Assembly (NCBI GenBank): GCA_000934665.2
Contig: KZ538378.1
Location: 1-64,000 of the forward strand
Source of the DNA: Catajapyx aquilonaris
Taxonomy: Eukaryota
DNA: 64,000 nucleotides
Direction of reading: 5' to 3'
Shown here piece after piece: positions 1 to 13,500 of this stretch; within the stretch, counting starts at the first letter, position 1; each line of letters opens with the position of its first letter. The position numbers and the translations under genes are program-made. Below the pieces are notes generated by a model that saw nothing but the letters and a program-made list of their open reading frames with translations, searched no databases and was not told the origin of the DNA.

Positions 1-2104
1 GGATTTCGCAAGATGTTGTGCGGTATTGCTCTGAATATCCAGGATAACGTTAGAAATCGGCTCGCAAGTGATTCAATCAATATGTCGGCGACTGTACGCC
101 CGTTGCCAAATATTCTGAAGTAATGAAACCTTCATATTAACCGGACGTTGTGCTGCCTGCCTGTATTTTTTAGACGTCGTGTACACCGCAGGCTGTTGAG
201 ATGATACCCGGGCCCTTATACATTTTCACGAGCAGGCACTTTCGCAGAGATTTTAATTGCCAATGCCTGGAAGGACCCCGTGGAAAAGAGCCGCCTTAAT
301 GTCGACTCCTCGTCCTTGTGCATTATGCTGAGCCACAGACTCTGCTTGGTCCTGGGGATTATGGGTCACCTCGCTAATGCTCGTAGTCCTGATTGCAGAC
401 GTCTCTCAGCCAGTTCTTAAGAGCGCTTAGTCGCAATTAGCGTGATAACCAAGTTGGAAAATGGAGAGTAGGAAAAGGGGTGTAGGGGGCCAAGTTTTTC
501 ACCTTCCCCCCCCCCCCCCAAAAAAAAAATGGAATGCAAAAAACATAAGGATGAAGAACACACACACTGGTTTGTTTGCCCAGCCCCGGCATAGGCACAT
601 TTTATTGCCTCCCTAGGCTAGGGCAAAATTGCCCCCCCGACATGAGGTGGGTGTTTGCAGTACTCGTGTAGTCAATCAGCGGCGTTTGTTTGGTAGCCAT
701 CATGCAACCGGGGACTGTCACAGAAATTAGAGGCCCGGGGATTGGATGCGGTTGAATATTACATAGGGCCCGCTCTAGTACATAGACCCGGTTTTATATG
801 CGACAGAGTGGCTATGGGGAGAGCTGGCTGCTGCTGGCTGCATGGAGGCGGGCGGGGGGTGTCGCAATCAGCGGGTGATAGATTGGTCTCTTATGTCCCT
901 CACCGCGGGGAGTGGGCCAAAGAAGCAGAAGCGGGGCAACAGCCTGTAATTTCATAGAGTGGAGTTATGGATACCGATCCGGGCTGCCCCCCCGGGGGAG
1001 TAGCCCCCGGGGTCGTTTGGGTATCCTGAATTTCACTGAATGGGTTCTTATTAGGGAGAAGTATGTCTCGTTTGCAGGGGGGGTGGCATTGGACCTTTCG
1101 CTGCGTGAATAAGCCTAATTGAGGTCCCCTCTCTGTGTGTGTGTCCTTCCTCCCCCTGTCCTTGCATGGTCTGTCATCAACAAGACAAGTGATGACATGG
1201 CGTGGGCGGGGAGGCGGTAGTTATCCGCCATGTTTGGTTTCGACGGTATCCGGAGTGCTTATAATGGCTGGGACCAAACTTGCTCATTAGGTTGGGACTC
1301 GGGCCTCTCCTTTTTTCTTTCTTTTTTTTTTACGAATAAGTTCATGCCTGGCGTCACTCTGCTTGTCTATTATTGGCGTGAGTGATGCTACGGGTAATTT
1401 TACTCGCTTCACAGTTTGAATAGACGGCATGCACAAATAAAATAATTTTTGGAAAGTTGACATTAGGATTTTGAAATATTCTGATGAAGGAAAATTAGTT
1501 TATTGGTGTAGCTTATGTTCTCATCCAAAATTCATCTCAGGTTAACTTGAGGACGTAGGAGCAGCAGGGTCGAACATTTTGCAACATCTCAATTGTGCCT
1601 AAAGTAGATAAGTACCTCCTAAATGTTCGTTTGGTCATTTGCGGTAGGTACAATGTTGGGCTCCTTGTTTTTCGTTCGGACTACTCTGCTGTAACGCGTG
1701 TTATGGCGAACGCAGGATGATCGTGAAAATAGGGGAGGATTTTCGGTCGACTTTCTATGCAATGGAAACAAACGAAACTTTGTATTGGAGTGGTGAGTTG
1801 AATATGGAAACTCTGATAATTGATTCACACACCAGAAGTTTATGCAACAATATTTACCCAGCCTGTCGTCCACGTGAGTATGCTTAATAGTTTTCAACAT
1901 ATTGGAACAGTGTGCCAGGATAGTGTGGTATACACTATATGCTCGCAGCCCGAGCCCAATTGTTTTTAAAATGCAGTGCGCTCATGTATAACTTTCCCAC
2001 ATGATTATCATATCATAACGTGCAGTTCCTGGTGGGTCTTCCCCAGGCCACAGTGGAATTGATTGACTGGTTTACTAATAGTGCCCATTTTTTAAATATT
2101 GCAG

Positions 2105-2162
2105 ACGGTGTCGATATCCATGCTGCTGCGATACTCCCATCACCAGATATTTGTCTTCATAA
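2105..2162 (+). CDS. TMEM259: Membralin internal coding exon (TVSISMLLRYSHHQIFVFI + first base of next codon)
   Basis: Acceptor ttttttaaatattgcAG at 2103-2104 and donor A|GTGAGT at 2163. The translation matches the conserved membralin motif SMLLRYSHHQIFVFI. Phase 0 in, phase 1 out, compatible with the next exon. Confidence 0.95.
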
Positions 2163-3934
2163 GTGAGTATATTTTACACTATTTTGCGATCCACAGAGTT
2201 AGTGTGTAAGGTGTGTCAGAGTGCAGTTGAGGCCAGTGTGACGGACCGTGACGTGAGGAGTGCATATCAGTGCATTTTTCACTCTTTATTCCCGGCAGAA
2301 TTTTTCGTTGTTGCATGGCAAGTAGGCAAAATATTTGGGCAATAGAGTGGAACCACATTAGTGTAATCCGAAGGGCGCTGATGAAATCCGATGCCATCCT
2401 GCCCACCGGATTATTGGGATCTAATCGTTGCCAGTGGTGAGAGGGAAAAAAGGGGGGTCCCAAGCTTCATATCGAACCATCGAACCTGATGGCAGGGTGG
2501 GGAGAGAGAGAAAAAAAAGAGTTAGAGTTTTTTGATGTCCGCTCCCATCTATCCTGCTACCCCCATTTTTTTTTTTTTTTTCAGGGATGCACAAAACTGA
2601 GTCACATGCGCATCCGGTGGGGGTGGGTTTTCCCTTGTGGTTTGCCTTCACTTCTGGCTCTCGCACGCTGCTGACAGCTCCTCAAATCCAGGTTGTCAGT
2701 AGCTACCAAACCACCCTCTCTCCATTCCAATCCACATTTTCATCCCGGCCCGTTGTGGCTTTTGTCACCCGAAATTATGCCTCGCTACGGTTCGTTTCAG
2801 TGGGCCCGTTGGAACCAGGAGGTATGGCAGGATGGGGAAGGGTTGTAGAGGAGAGAAAGGATTCACTTTATTTTTCACGGCAATGATCGACATGAGTTAG
2901 CGGGCTGATAGGAAAAGGGGGAGGCATGGTGTTCATCAGCATGCAAATCAGGCGGAAAACAAGTCTGTCGCGAATCTGCGGCGAGTCCATGGTGCCTCTT
3001 TTTTTTTGTACACCGGAATTTACCGGGTTTGGTTCTATCGAAATGATGTGAATGGACTGCTTCGTGAGCCGTGCCCAATGGGTGTGACATCTCGCTTGTT
3101 GCCTTTTGGGACGTTTCGTGATGCTGGCGAGGTCTTTTCGGCCACTTGCGAGCGCGTGGTCTTATTGGAAGGTGCTTCACTTCGGCGTCGTTTCATCTGG
3201 AGAACATGGTCAAGGAATCGACCATATGTGCGTATGACAACGGACCTCGAGGTTACTGTCACTAGTCAATAAATGCAGACATCATGCGTAAATTCCATTG
3301 CAGTAACAAGACAGCATTGTTTCCCCTGTCCTGCTCAGAGTATAATCTTGTTACATACTATGTACACTTTCTGAGGAAATTGCACAGCCGTCTGTATACA
3401 ATCCATGCATGCATTCATATTGGAGGAGATGAATATTTACGGGAATGCTGGGCTGCATGAACTTCATATTTGTAGTTGGCATGCATTATTAACCCGGTTT
3501 TGTGCAATTTTGCTGTGGCCATGTTCACACTTCCTGCAGCAGGATCCATTTCAATGTCCATACTTTTGCTGCAGACGTAGCTCGGGGCCGACTCTATAGC
3601 TCCATTGTTGCACATATACCCCGGACAATTACGGCGCACTGGAAATGAACTAATAATCGTACGTCCAGCGCTGAAATTAACTTGCAATGAGCACAGTGCA
3701 TTCAGGACGTTGGCTGGACCACAGATATTCAAGGCTTACTATCTATGGGCTGGACATTCCACTGGTTCCAAGGACTTTCCAGCTGCAGAGTGTGACCTCC
3801 CAAAAGTCCCCAAGTTGACTGTAAAAGGTCTGAAACTTGTCTTGGTCGGAAGCAGCAAGTGTTTCGCTGCGGCAGCAAGCAGCGCCTCCTTTTCTAAGCC
3901 GAGCTCCATCCGAGCCTGCCATCTGCCTATCTAA

Positions 3935-3970
3935 CCATCCATCCATCCATCCATCCATCCATCCATCCAT
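3935..3970. repeat. (ATCC)n tetranucleotide microsatellite
   Basis: About 9 tandem CCAT units read directly. Confidence 0.95.
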
Positions 3971-6900
3971 TCGCCGAGCAGCAGCAGTCTATCCAGCAGC
4001 CCATCCATCCGTCCAATTGCCTACACTCCGGGTTTTGTTCTGCCCCGTTTCCGCTTTGCCGACATCGGCAAACACGTCGCACTTCCGTGCTGACCCGGGA
4101 GCCCATATTCGCTCCAGCTGATGGTTTTCTCATGTTTACCATACCTTGCAAGTTCCTCGTGTTAATGAATAATGCATAAGAGTGCATAGGGAATAAGTAA
4201 TTGGCTCTTCCTGGCCAGTAAGCCTTTGAAGTCTTCGATCGGGCTATGCAAATCACAATGCTTGCCTGATATACCCGAATCAGAGCCCTGTGCCAACGGA
4301 GTTTGCCACAACGCCAGTCTACACTAGCTGCTGCAGATATTATTACTGCAGGCTGCTGGCACTGTATGCTGCTGTGCTCGGAATGCGCGGCTTTTCTTTG
4401 GTTGTTCACTGGCCAGCCTCTCTGCTGATTACAGTTCACCACGTGCTTATTTGATGAGAAACTCAGGTATTACACTCGACAAAAAATTGCAGGGACTCGC
4501 GGAATTAAATTTGCGGATGCCCTTTCATGGGTTTACCCGTACTGGTGCGGCGCTGTAACCCTGTGCCCAAATCCCCGTGGAAGAAACGGACATGTAAATA
4601 TGGCTGTTAAATGACTTTCGGTTGAAAAGGAACGTATACGGTGAAGCTTTACATAACTTTAGGCCGGGCGAGATGTTATTGTAACCCATTTTGTGTAAAG
4701 TAATTAGCGGCCGGGCATTCCTGGCGCGTGGCATAATAAAAGAAAGGGCTCATTAGGGTAGCATAACAAATGCTGCCACGGTGCTCGTAAAAAAAAGGAG
4801 AGTAGGACGTCATAATCTGTGGACGACGTAATAGCAATGTTTACTTAATTGTAATGTGATAACGTAAACTCATGAAGAAAATTGTGGCACAAATTTGTGT
4901 GCTCATTTCTGGCCTTTGTAATTATTTATTTTCCTGTCCATCCCATCATATTCCTGAGAGTGTGATGTAGCCTTCGATATTGAATGCCAACATAGGATTG
5001 AAAGTTTTCAATTCGCACCCTGGATGATTTATTTATTTAATCTGATGAAATTAGCTAATATATAATATATTTCCTCCCTTGCAATATTGTAACGGATGAA
5101 TAAAAAGCAATTTCATGGCAGAATATTGGTAGTTGAATAAACCATGCTTTTCGCACACCCCTGCTTATGATTACGTGACCGCACATAAGTTATGCAAATT
5201 AGTGCGGAACTACACGTCAGTTACTGTACTTTGCTGCATTTCTGAATGCGAGGAATTGAAGGGGCCGGGGTTTGCCAGGGGATTACTTTGCCGCCGTAAC
5301 ACCGCTCCCCTGAATATCTGGAAGGCACCCAACAGCTGCGGGTTCATGGGTCTCAGGTAGGCCTTTGGCGAGCGGTGCGGTCCAGAGGGCGCTAAGGATT
5401 AAAGGTGGTGGGCGGGCTGGCATTTTTTTTTTTGAAACCCCCTCCTCTGGCTCCTGGAGCATCTCTGAGAGAGCAAAAGGAGATCCGAGGCGGTTGCTGG
5501 TCCATGAAGAGCCCAATTTGGAGCCCACAAAGGAGGAAGCAAGAGGCATAATTAGCGCGCTGCACGCACAGGATTCCGTTGGCAAAGCGGACGAGCTGTT
5601 TCCTCAACACGAATCCGATTAACCGACATTAAATTTAGCCGCCGAATGGCCCTAGGATGGTGACAGGGAAAGCACGGCCATGCTACGGAAACCTTGTTTG
5701 GGAAGAGGGGAGAAAGGGGGGGGGGGGATCCCCAAGAGTTGCGAGTGTGCTTGGTGCAGTGCTTCCTCAGGCCTCTTGGATACCAATACCTACTTTACCT
5801 GCCCTCCTGAGCCTCTTGTTTGCTTCTGCGCCGCTGATTTTCTCTCGGACTTGCATTCCTACTTGGGATGCTGCTGAACGGAATAACCGCATTACCTTCC
5901 TTCAGAACTTATTTTTTTCCCCTCTGAACGTTTGAGTAGAGAGCGATTGAGCTGGAATTTGGGATCCGTGTTAGAGGTTGACGAGCTGTAGGCGTTGGGT
6001 TTGGCGTCATGTTTATTAGCGTGGTTGTAATTGTGCGGCCGCGGATACAAATAGAATCGGAAAATTGGTTTTCTGGTTTTGTATAAAAACATAGTGAATT
6101 GGACGAGTTGTAACGTTAATGACAGCGGGCTATTCCATTCGAATGCCCATGACCTGTAGCCGTGCTAGTTCTGGAAACATTTCTAGAACGACGCAGTTTT
6201 GCCTTGCAATATGTTTTTCCTTACCGAACAAGTTTCTGTTACATGCAACAAATAATCACTGTTGAGCTATCTCATTGTAATACCCCATTTCGAAAGGTTG
6301 CTACATGGTGCAAAATGTGTTGTGCACAATAATCAGGTTAATTAAATGCCAGTTTTAGTGAACAATATGCATGTATGGCTCAAAAATATACGTTGTCATC
6401 ATTGAAATGAAAATGAATTCAGGTTCGGTGCCTTTTTTGACAATTTCAATCTTTAAAAATGGCAAATCCACAATATTCTGACCCGTGTATCTCATCTCTG
6501 TACCACTGCTTTGCAATGCTAGCTTTCACTTTTTAAGGTGTCACCAGAAATCTGAGTGCGCCAAGTAAATGTGGTGTCTTACAGATTGCTTGTCTTACGT
6601 ACTTCACTTTTTAAAGGAGAACAGATCGTGGCAATGTTTTTTCCACAACCCTGACTTACGCAAGTGATGACGCAGTTTGTTGCCAATCCTAATTCCAGCT
6701 CATTTGCAGGGTTTCTAACTGCGTGGCCGTTATTTGCAAAGGCTTCCTTGCGATCCGTCCTTTTCTGCTAATTTACTGCTTCTGGTCGTCCACTTAGCCT
6801 TCTGTCAGGCTGCACCGAAGCCAGAAGATTGAGGGAGGTTGTAGAGTATGAGAGAAGGTCGGTTACCCTTCCATTTCTGGTATATAGTTTCGATCAGAGA

Positions 6901-7412
6901 TGGGTGGCATTTAACGGAGGCTTTTGCCACCTGCTGCACACTTGGCATGCTCCACTGGCCTTATAGAAATATTTGCAGTAAACTTTTCCTGCCACTTGGG
7001 AATAACAATAGCGCGACTGTACAGAACATCCCTGAGCCACAAACCTGTGCACTGGAGGTGAATTGGGCTTTTGTGGATATTTTGTAAAGTGTCAGTGTAC
7101 ATAGAGTATCGAGGAAATTTCGGATCCAAGATTACGAGGCGCAATGAATAATTCAGTTTGTAAGGCGGTATAGTGCAAGAGTTGACTAGCGGCAGTTTGT
7201 CACGGTTGTTAGTAATATTGGCATAACCTCTTTTGCTATATACACTGTGTCTGCAATGATAATCCTTTTCCGATAATGAACTGCGCTAAACTTGCCGCGT
7301 ATATATATTTTTTTCCTCAATCAAAAGTGTGGGAGCTGTATTTAAGTTGAGATATTCGGAAGTGGAGTTTGCTTATGACTAAAGTTGTTGTTCCGAACCG
7401 GGTGGTGGGGGG

Positions 7413-7666
7413 NNNNNNNNNNNNNNNNNNNNNNNNNNNNNNNNNNNNNNNNNNNNNNNNNNNNNNNNNNNNNNNNNNNNNNNNNNNNNNNNNNNNNNNN
7501 NNNNNNNNNNNNNNNNNNNNNNNNNNNNNNNNNNNNNNNNNNNNNNNNNNNNNNNNNNNNNNNNNNNNNNNNNNNNNNNNNNNNNNNNNNNNNNNNNNNN
7601 NNNNNNNNNNNNNNNNNNNNNNNNNNNNNNNNNNNNNNNNNNNNNNNNNNNNNNNNNNNNNNNNNN
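7413..7666. other. Assembly gap (N run) flanked by poly-G
   Basis: Run of n with G runs on both sides. Confidence 1.
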
Positions 7667-9212
7667 GGGGGGGGGGGGGAATACCTCATCTTCTCCCCAT
7701 CTAGTCCCACCTTGCCGGTTGCCTGGCCGCTCCGGAATTAAGCGAAATTGGAAGCAGCTGTACGTAGTGGGTGGGTTAGGAGCTAGGGGGGTGGCGAAAT
7801 TGGAGCCTTCGCTCCAGTACTTGTTCATTAGCTTAACTGGGATCTATTTCATCCATTTAGTGGTCTGGTTTATGACTGTCATTGGAAGCCCCCTTTGCGC
7901 ACAGGAACCGAGAGAGGGAAAGGTGGGGGAAGGAGGAGAGGGGGGAAAGGGCTGTTCCTTCTTCCCTCCCTGCCCTCCCCAGCCTCCACCTCCAAGACAG
8001 AGATGGAAGAGGTTGGGCAGATCAATGGAGGGCTTGTCTTCGGAGTTGTGTTTCTTCCGGGGGATCAAGCTTCGTTTGCCGGCCCCTTCTTCTTGTTAAT
8101 AACTTTATAAGATGTGGATTCTTGCCCGGACTGGGAAGGGGATCAAGAGCTGAGAGGGGGGAGGTGGGGGAGAGGGGGGAAAGGAGTTGACACAAGAAAA
8201 TGGGGGAAGATCGGGGAAGATGGAGCCTCTTGTGGACATAAGAACCTCTTGCGATGCTCCCGGGTTACGGAGTTTTCACTCCTCCGGAAGGAAGGATCTT
8301 GCTGCTGCTGCTACTTTGCCATCAGCATCACACAGATGGTTACGCTTCTGCTATGATATACTCAGATTCGCGAGTGACTCGCCGAATCCCCAGGCCATCA
8401 AGTACGCGGTATGAGTATGTTGGGGAAGGTCGGGTTGGTTCCCCCGTTCATATACCAAGTATTGCCTGTTTAGGGTGAGAAATGACCACATGCTGTACAG
8501 GGTGGTGTACTGTACTGCTCAAAGTGCCCTGTTCAAAGTATGGATATCAATCACGGGCAGTTTACTCCGCAAACCAACAATCAGGGCTGCATTATAACAC
8601 GTGCTTGTTTGCTTCTCTTGAAACTGGTTGCGGGAGTTAGCAACCCACAAGGTTTACCCTCACGTTCCTCTTGAACTTGGAACTTGGGAAATTCACCACC
8701 CTGTGTGACATGCGTGGGGCTTCAGGTGTCCTGCACAGGAACGTGAGCTTGGTTCGTGACCTACCTCCACTGCTTTCATGTAAGCTGCTTGCACCAGCGT
8801 TTGCAGTTCAAGTTTATTCTACGCAAAGGAACCCCTTCCAGGATCGAGTTTGCAGTGACCCACGATAATTTTTAGTGTAAACCATTCCTAATAAGTTGCA
8901 TGCAACAAATACGGTGCATTTTGCGAGTTTAATATTTCTCGCGAGTTCTGTGATTTTAAACAGGGTTCGCCCGCGTAGAATTGTCCGCACCCAGTATAGT
9001 GTATAGACCTATACGCCACACAACGCAACAAAGCGCCGAATTCCTGCATTTTCCTATAGGCCCGGTGTCAGCGAAGCGGCCCGTCGTAAAGCGCTTTAAA
9101 ATAACTTCCCAAACAGGCTGACAAATTGCAACTGTAGATGGCGAATGGGTCCGTAAAAACCTGTCGGATGGTCTCCAAGTGGTGGAGAGAGCTGGGGAAG
9201 GGAGGGGGAAAA

Positions 9213-9215
<3 letters not shown>

Positions 9216-9269
<54 letters not shown>

Positions 9270-9377
9270 AACGTAGCACAAATTGATCGATAGGCGGTTT
9301 GGGGAAGGTGGGGTAGGAAGAAAGGAAGAATGCAAGAGACGACATGTCCTCTTTCCTTTTCCGCCCTTCTATGTTGA

Positions 9378-9429
<52 letters not shown>
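9216..9429. repeat. (GA)~25 at 9216-9266 and (TC)~25 at 9380-9429 in inverted arrangement
   Basis: Read directly. Shorter GA/TC tracts also occur near 16475, 27195, 32495, 38212, 49090, 53042 and 61382. Confidence 0.95.
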
Positions 9430-9431
<2 letters not shown>

Positions 9432-9993
9432 GCCTCTCCTCTCCCCTCCTCCCTCTCTCCATCCGAGGCTGGTTTTGCGAGGTTGCCCCATCGGCCAAGT
9501 GTTTGGATTGCCTTCCGACCCGTGAAATGAGATTTTCAGCTATGCTGAAGGGTGCTTGTCAACGTAATACGCTCACTAAGTGTGGCTGATAATATCAGAT
9601 GGCGACAAACTAAGGAGCAACTTTGAGGAAGTGCGAATGGGACTTATAAAACTAGAGGATTCTTGTTTCTTGTTCTCGATCCCTTTGCTGGCATATGGGC
9701 GAGAGAGACGAAGAGAGAGAAAGAGAATAAAACTTTGCGCCTTCAATGGAGATAGTTAAAACTTTTATAATAGTTAAGGGGGTCTTAATAATAAGGACGG
9801 TTCAAGAGTTACAACAGTATAAATCGAATGTCAAAGAACTGTTGAATTACATTGTCAGATTTTCAAGAAGGGCATTGGCATATGCGTTGAGTCTGTAACC
9901 TGCCATAGGAATGATTTATGACAATTTGCTGGAGCAAACTTAAAGTGCTCGTTGTTTCTCAGATTGATTTAGGTTTCCTCTTTGTGTGATCAG

Positions 9994-10328
9994 GTCTTGA
10001 CTAAGGTGTGGGGACGGAAGTCTGTGGTTTTACTGTAGCTGTGGGGACCACTTCCAATTGTGGGGACATTTGTCGGTCCCCACAGTCTCACACGCGAAGT
10101 GTACCATTACAGTGGGGACATGTGTAAATTAGTGGGGACATGTCCCCACTATTTTCATTTGTAGGTTTTCACAAAAGTCCATTTTTCTCAGCCTAGGTTA
10201 CTTAGGGTAGGGTAGGTTAGGTAGGATAGGTTAGGTAAGGTTAGGTTAGGTTAGGTTAGGTTAGGTTAGATCAGTTTACACTCGCAGTGAAAAGTGATCA
10301 ATGTCCGTCCCCACGCCTTAGTCAAGAC
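9994..10328. mobile_element. Non-autonomous TIR DNA element (MITE) containing a degenerate (TTAGG)n tract
   Basis: 25-bp TIRs GTCTTGACTAAGGTGTGGGGACGGA (9994-10018) and TCCGTCCCCACGCCTTAGTCAAGAC (10304-10328) differ by one mismatch. GTGGGGAC recurs internally in both orientations, and both flanks are TG-rich. No clear TSD. Confidence 0.85.
10194..10269 (+). repeat. Interstitial degenerate (TTAGG)n arthropod telomere-type repeat
   Basis: Five perfect TTAGG units at 10241-10265, preceded by variant units (GTAGG, ATAGG, TAAGG). Confidence 0.9.
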
Positions 10329-10449
10329 AAGAGTGGGTGTGTGTGTGGGGGGGGGGGCTGGCATGAAATCTTGCCGAGAATACTTCAAATATTAGATTTT
10401 GTAAACGTCATTACCGAATGTCTGTAGGCATATTATTGTAAGAGTTCAT

Positions 10450-10565
10450 GGGTGGAATTTTCGTCCCACTGCTAGTTACTGCGAACATCAGCAGTACCAA
10501 TGTTGGCACTGGTATACTGCTAACGAGTTAGCTGTAACTATAGCAGTGGGACGAAAATTCCACCC
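10450..10565. mobile_element. Short hairpin MITE, PIF/Harbinger (Tourist)-like, copy 1
   Basis: Perfect 25-bp TIRs GGGTGGAATTTTCGTCCCACTGCTA and TAGCAGTGGGACGAAAATTCCACCC, with 3-bp TSD CAT (10447-10449 and 10566-10568). A related copy lies at about 56.9 kb. The superfamily is inferred from the GGG termini and 3-bp TSD. Confidence 0.85.
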
Positions 10566-13500
10566 CATGTCTCTATAGTTGATGTAGACAGGTCATCTGA
10601 AATGGCATGAAAAAGAACGGTCCGCTTAATTTTCAACTTGTGGTTTTGTCACATTTCACGTGGTGGTAAGGGGTGTTTATTTGGCGCAAAAGGTGAGGTG
10701 AAATAAGCCTGTGCTTGAACAAAAATGGGTTACGCGATAACAAAGCAACCGTGCCACAAATACACAGCTTTTTAGGGCGGCTAATGACTTGCATTTCTAG
10801 TGGAACAGGGTGCCTTGTCACAAGCCATATAGCCCTGTACGGTATGTACTACGCCGACGTCGATATTACAGCGTAACGGATGCGGATATTCCGAGTCACC
10901 CTGTATGCTGTCCACTCCTGTCCGGTAATTGACAAAGTGTGTGTAGTGACGGCCGCAAAACCCGGTGTGAAATTGACTTTTAATACCTAATGTGCGAAAT
11001 AAGTTGCTGCTTGCAAGAGCATTACGGCGTGGAAAGTAACTTTAGGGTATTAACCCGAGCGGGGAGTTAAGCGGCCCATGGTTTGAAGTGCTTAACTCCG
11101 TCCACTTGGGCCGGATTTGATGATAATGTCTGTGAAAATGTGGAGGAATGATGATGGATTACAACTTGTCCAAGTGTCTGCGTCGCCCGTGTTGAATTTG
11201 GGGGCCAATTATCAGTCCTTCATTACATCCGGGCTTATTTGCACGGTGCGAAATTAGGATTTTAGTTTGTTCTATTAACCAGCGCACATAACTGCATTAT
11301 GGACACAATTCCGGAGTCCATCCTGACAGACAAGGTGATAACCAGATAATCCCCATGAAAGGGACTGAAAAATTTTGTTAACAACATAATTAAATCGGAT
11401 CAATAGGTATCGCGTCATAACTATGCCGGGGTATTGTAAGCGGCGGACACGTTAGGTTTAATATTGGCCTGAAAACCGCCACGTTGACGGGGGGTAAATA
11501 TGACTCGTGCCAGGAATTCCATTGGCCTAACTCTGGCCTGGTTGGGCCAAAGCAGTTTGCCGGCTCGTACATCCTTATTTTCCTTATTTTCCCCTCCCCC
11601 GGCCTCTCTCGTTTTTTTTTTTGTCGATCGGAAGCTTAAAAATTGCTGAAGTGATTTACTCTCGGTAGTCCCGGAGACGGCCGCCGGAACTTCGTGAATA
11701 TCTCATGACGCCTGGGAAATTAATAGTGTTTCCAAGTTTTTTTTCTCTCCTTGGTTCCTGACCTCTTTCGCTTTTCTAACTGTAAGATATAACCCTTTCG
11801 GGATAGGCATCAGGTCCAGATTGGATATTTAAGCAATGGTGTATAGGGACAGTGATCATTAGGGCCTGTGTTATGTGTCTGAACAGGATATCGCTGGAGT
11901 CTGCAAATGGATCTTGTTTTTGCACATTTTTGGCGACTGTTTTGTTACTTTCTTGCCAGGCTGTGACAGTGTGACACTGTGATTACTCCTGATCGTGCTG
12001 GCGGCGAAGATTGCAGAGTTGAGTATTGACCGCGGATATGTATCATATTCTTTGTTGAGTGTGGCACAATGAGGATGTCTGGTGGGAGATGGTGGAGGGT
12101 GTGGAGGAAGGGAGGGTTGCTCTGTCGAGGCAAGTGAGTCGTGAGAAAGAAAATCTTTCAGGCCTTGTAATCGATAGAATAACCGAACATCGAAAGGCTC
12201 TTTGGGCCCTTGTACCCCGTCCGTTGGTCGAGTTGAGGCTACGCCTTGGGAAGCGCGACGTTGGGTTCTTTTCCCCTCGGACGATTCTTTTTTTTCTTTC
12301 TGTTTTTTTCCCCCACCCTCACTCTCTTTCTCTCTCTACCAGACTCTTGCAAGATCTGATTTCTGTCCCAGTGCGTCTCTCTCCACACGATTTATGACCT
12401 CTTATTTTTGCCCGGGATTATCGGAGCTCCGGCATTATATTGTTGCCCTTTTCTGAGGAATATGAGAAGTCGAGGACGGCCTGCTGGAGATGCCCTGGTT
12501 GCTTGTGTTTTGTTACGGACGTAGGGCCCTTCGCCTTTTTTCACTTGAAAAAAATATGCAGGGTATAGTGGGGAAGGTGCCTATAGGTTTCTTGAGATAT
12601 TCAAAGTAATCTAAGATGTTGGGCAGTTTCATAGGTTCGGGCTTTAAAATGAATCCTGCTGGATGTATGTCCGGGCGGAATTCGGACTAATAAATAAGGC
12701 GTATATTTCCCTACATTTCCTAGCCCCTCCGGCGCTGGATCAACATGGATAGAATAAATATTCTGTGTGATCAGCGCGCCCTGAAACAGTATCCCAAGCG
12801 AAATGACTACCTGATAAATCGGCACAGTGCGCGGCGGCACCGGTTAATGCGGAATAATTAACCAGTCAATTGTGCTCTACCCCTTTTCAGCCCGAAAATG
12901 AATTTCAAACAGTGCAAGGCGCATTACTTTTGAAAAGCGATGCGCCGCGCACGCAATGGCCATAAGTTGGCCGGGCCTGACCTATTGTAGAATTATTACG
13001 CCCGGTCCTTTTTGACCGGAGGGGGAGGGGTGTGTGGGGTGGGAAAGCCAGTTGGTCCATTAATTTCCCTAAGCAAATTGTTGGCCGGGGGGATGATTAA
13101 TCACCTTGTCACCACGATTAGACTAAGCTCAGCAATAAGCTATTAAATACCATTACCTCTAATCATGTTGCATCACATTGTTGCAAACATATTGTGGGGC
13201 TGACAAGAGTCCACCGCGGCGCCTGATGCTGCGGGGAGATAGGATTTGGGAATATGTGCCCGGGAAAGGAATGTGATAGACAAATGAGGCCGCCGACTGA
13301 CTCGATTACGCAGCACTTTTCATATCCGATTTGTTTGTTGATCAGCAAGGAAGGTTCAAAATTTTGATGGCGTCACCCAGATGCGTCACGAGTCACCAAA
13401 TTCAGCATCGCTCATCCCCGTTGAGCGCAGTGCGGGTTGGAAATACCCGGAGTTGGACCTGGATATTCCGCCATCTTTAAGACACAGATTTACTGCGGGG

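Noticed and set aside
7342..7828. ORFs spanning N runs (also 53007-53661)
   Set aside because: They are open only because the gaps contain no stop codons.
8956..9589. ORFs with ERERER or SLSLSL runs
   Set aside because: They are translations of the GA/TC microsatellites.
10000..10150. GTGGGGAC repeats with variable spacers resembling a mini-CRISPR
   Set aside because: The repeats are only 8-10 bp, in mixed orientation, irregularly spaced, inside a TIR element in eukaryotic DNA, with no cas genes.
10804..10904. Tc1/mariner-like ends ACAGGGTG...CACCCTGTA (similar lone words at about 8496, 42893 and 55077)
   Set aside because: The matches are only about 8 bp or have no partner end, which is too weak to call elements.
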